Positions 63,277 to 64,000 of a stretch of DNA of 64,000 nt are shown piece after piece (the stretch's first letter is position 1; every line of letters begins with the position of its first letter). Both the position numbers and the translations under genes were made by a program. Origin of the DNA: an uncultured delta proteobacterium. Its GTDB lineage: Bacteria > Desulfobacterota > Binatia > Binatales > Binataceae. The stretch is from positions 423,592-487,591 of the forward strand of contig CAVWMQ010000001.1 in NCBI GenBank assembly GCA_963756155.1, in the 5' to 3' direction. The notes beneath the pieces are model-generated. The model saw only the letters and a program-made list of their open reading frames with translations. It was not told the DNA's origin and searched no databases.

Positions 63277-64000
63277 CCGACGGCGATGGCTGGGACAGCG
63301 GCGAGCTCGAACGCGCGGGCGCGCTCGCGCGCCAGGTGCGCGCAGTGGCGGGCGCGGACGCGAGGCTGTTCGCGATTCGTGCGCCCGGCCGCGTCAATTT
63401 GATCGGCGAGCATACCGACTACAGCGGACTGCCGGTGCTGCCGGTGGCGATCGATCGCGCCACGATAATCGTCGCGGCTGCAAACGCATCGCGCGAGATC
63501 GAAATTCGCAACGCCGATTCCGCCTATCCGGCGCGCCGTTTTCGAATCGAACGCAAGATACCGCCGTACCCGGACGCGGACTGGGGTAACTACGTCAAGG
63601 CTGCGGTACAGGGCGTGATCGATCATTTCGATACGCGCGGCGCCGGCGTTGCGCGTTTCCGCGGGGCGACGATGGCGGTCGACAGCCGCGTGCCGCCTGC
63701 GGCGGGAGTCTCGTCGTCGGCCGCGCTGACGGTCGCGTCGACGCTGGCATTCATGGCCGTCAACGCCCTCGAACTGCCGCCGATCGAGACGGCTGCGATG
63801 GTTGCGCGCAGCGAATGGTACGTCGGCACGCGCGCGGGCGGCATGGACCAGGCGGCATCGCTGCTGGGGCGGCGCGACCACGCGTTGTTCATCGAGTTCG
63901 AGCCGCTCCGCGTGCGCGCGGTCAGGATGCCGGCCGAGGCGGCACTGCTGGTCGCCGACAGCCGCGAGGTGGCCGACAAATCGGGCAAGGTGCGCGCCGA
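63273..64000 (+). CDS. GHMP-family sugar kinase (galactokinase-like); 3' end outside the window
   Basis: Galactokinase signature APGRVNLIGEHTDYSG, GHMP ATP loop PPAAGVSSSAALTVA, and GTRAGGMDQAAS. ATG overlaps the nucleotidyltransferase stop (ATGA). Confidence 0.75.
   Translation, partial: MTDGDGWDSGELERAGALARQVRAVAGADARLFAIRAPGRVNLIGEHTDYSGLPVLPVAIDRATIIVAAANASREIEIRNADSAYPARRFRIERKIPPYPDADWGNYVKAAVQGVIDHFDTRGAGVARFRGATMAVDSRVPPAAGVSSSAALTVASTLAFMAVNALELPPIETAAMVARSEWYVGTRAGGMDQAASLLGRRDHALFIEFEPLRVRAVRMPAEAALLVADSREVADKSGKVRA

Overview
High-GC (about 65-70%) bacterial chromosomal window from an unidentified lineage; I cannot assign taxonomy from sequence alone. It is a mostly core-metabolic neighbourhood with conserved gene content. 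The main genes and clusters, in order, are listed below.

- hisH-hisF translationally coupled to an archaeal-type lumazine-synthase-like gene
- a MerR/TPR regulator, ilvA, and a ferredoxin/zinc-ribbon fusion
- two acyl-CoA dehydrogenases plus two F420-type LLM oxidoreductases
- a ClC channel
- a catabolic block: response regulator, class-III aminotransferase, amidase, TetR
- an amidohydrolase/cyclase/SagB-type dehydrogenase cluster, and an APC permease
- a tightly coupled PP2C phosphatase - Hanks Ser/Thr kinase - Amt ammonium transporter operon
- an ABC-2 type transporter, SDR, crotonase, and lrp immediately upstream of gltBD
- glcDEF (glycolate oxidase) divergent from a serine/alanine-glyoxylate aminotransferase, with several GSTs
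- gyrB-gyrA, vapBC, a CADD/PqqC-like diiron enzyme, dsbD and ribBA
- a nucleotidyltransferase coupled to a GHMP sugar kinase

Three things stand out. First, there is a roughly 1.9 kb low-GC decayed locus (19.5-21.4 kb) containing gene remnants, imperfect direct repeats and two orphan small genes. Second, at least seven single-base frameshifts interrupt otherwise intact conserved genes (amidase, three GST/AGXT genes, gltB twice), which suggests sequencing error or pseudogenisation. Third, the roughly 210 nt region upstream of vapBC is unusually dense in palindromes.

No tRNA, rRNA, CRISPR array or transposase was recognised.
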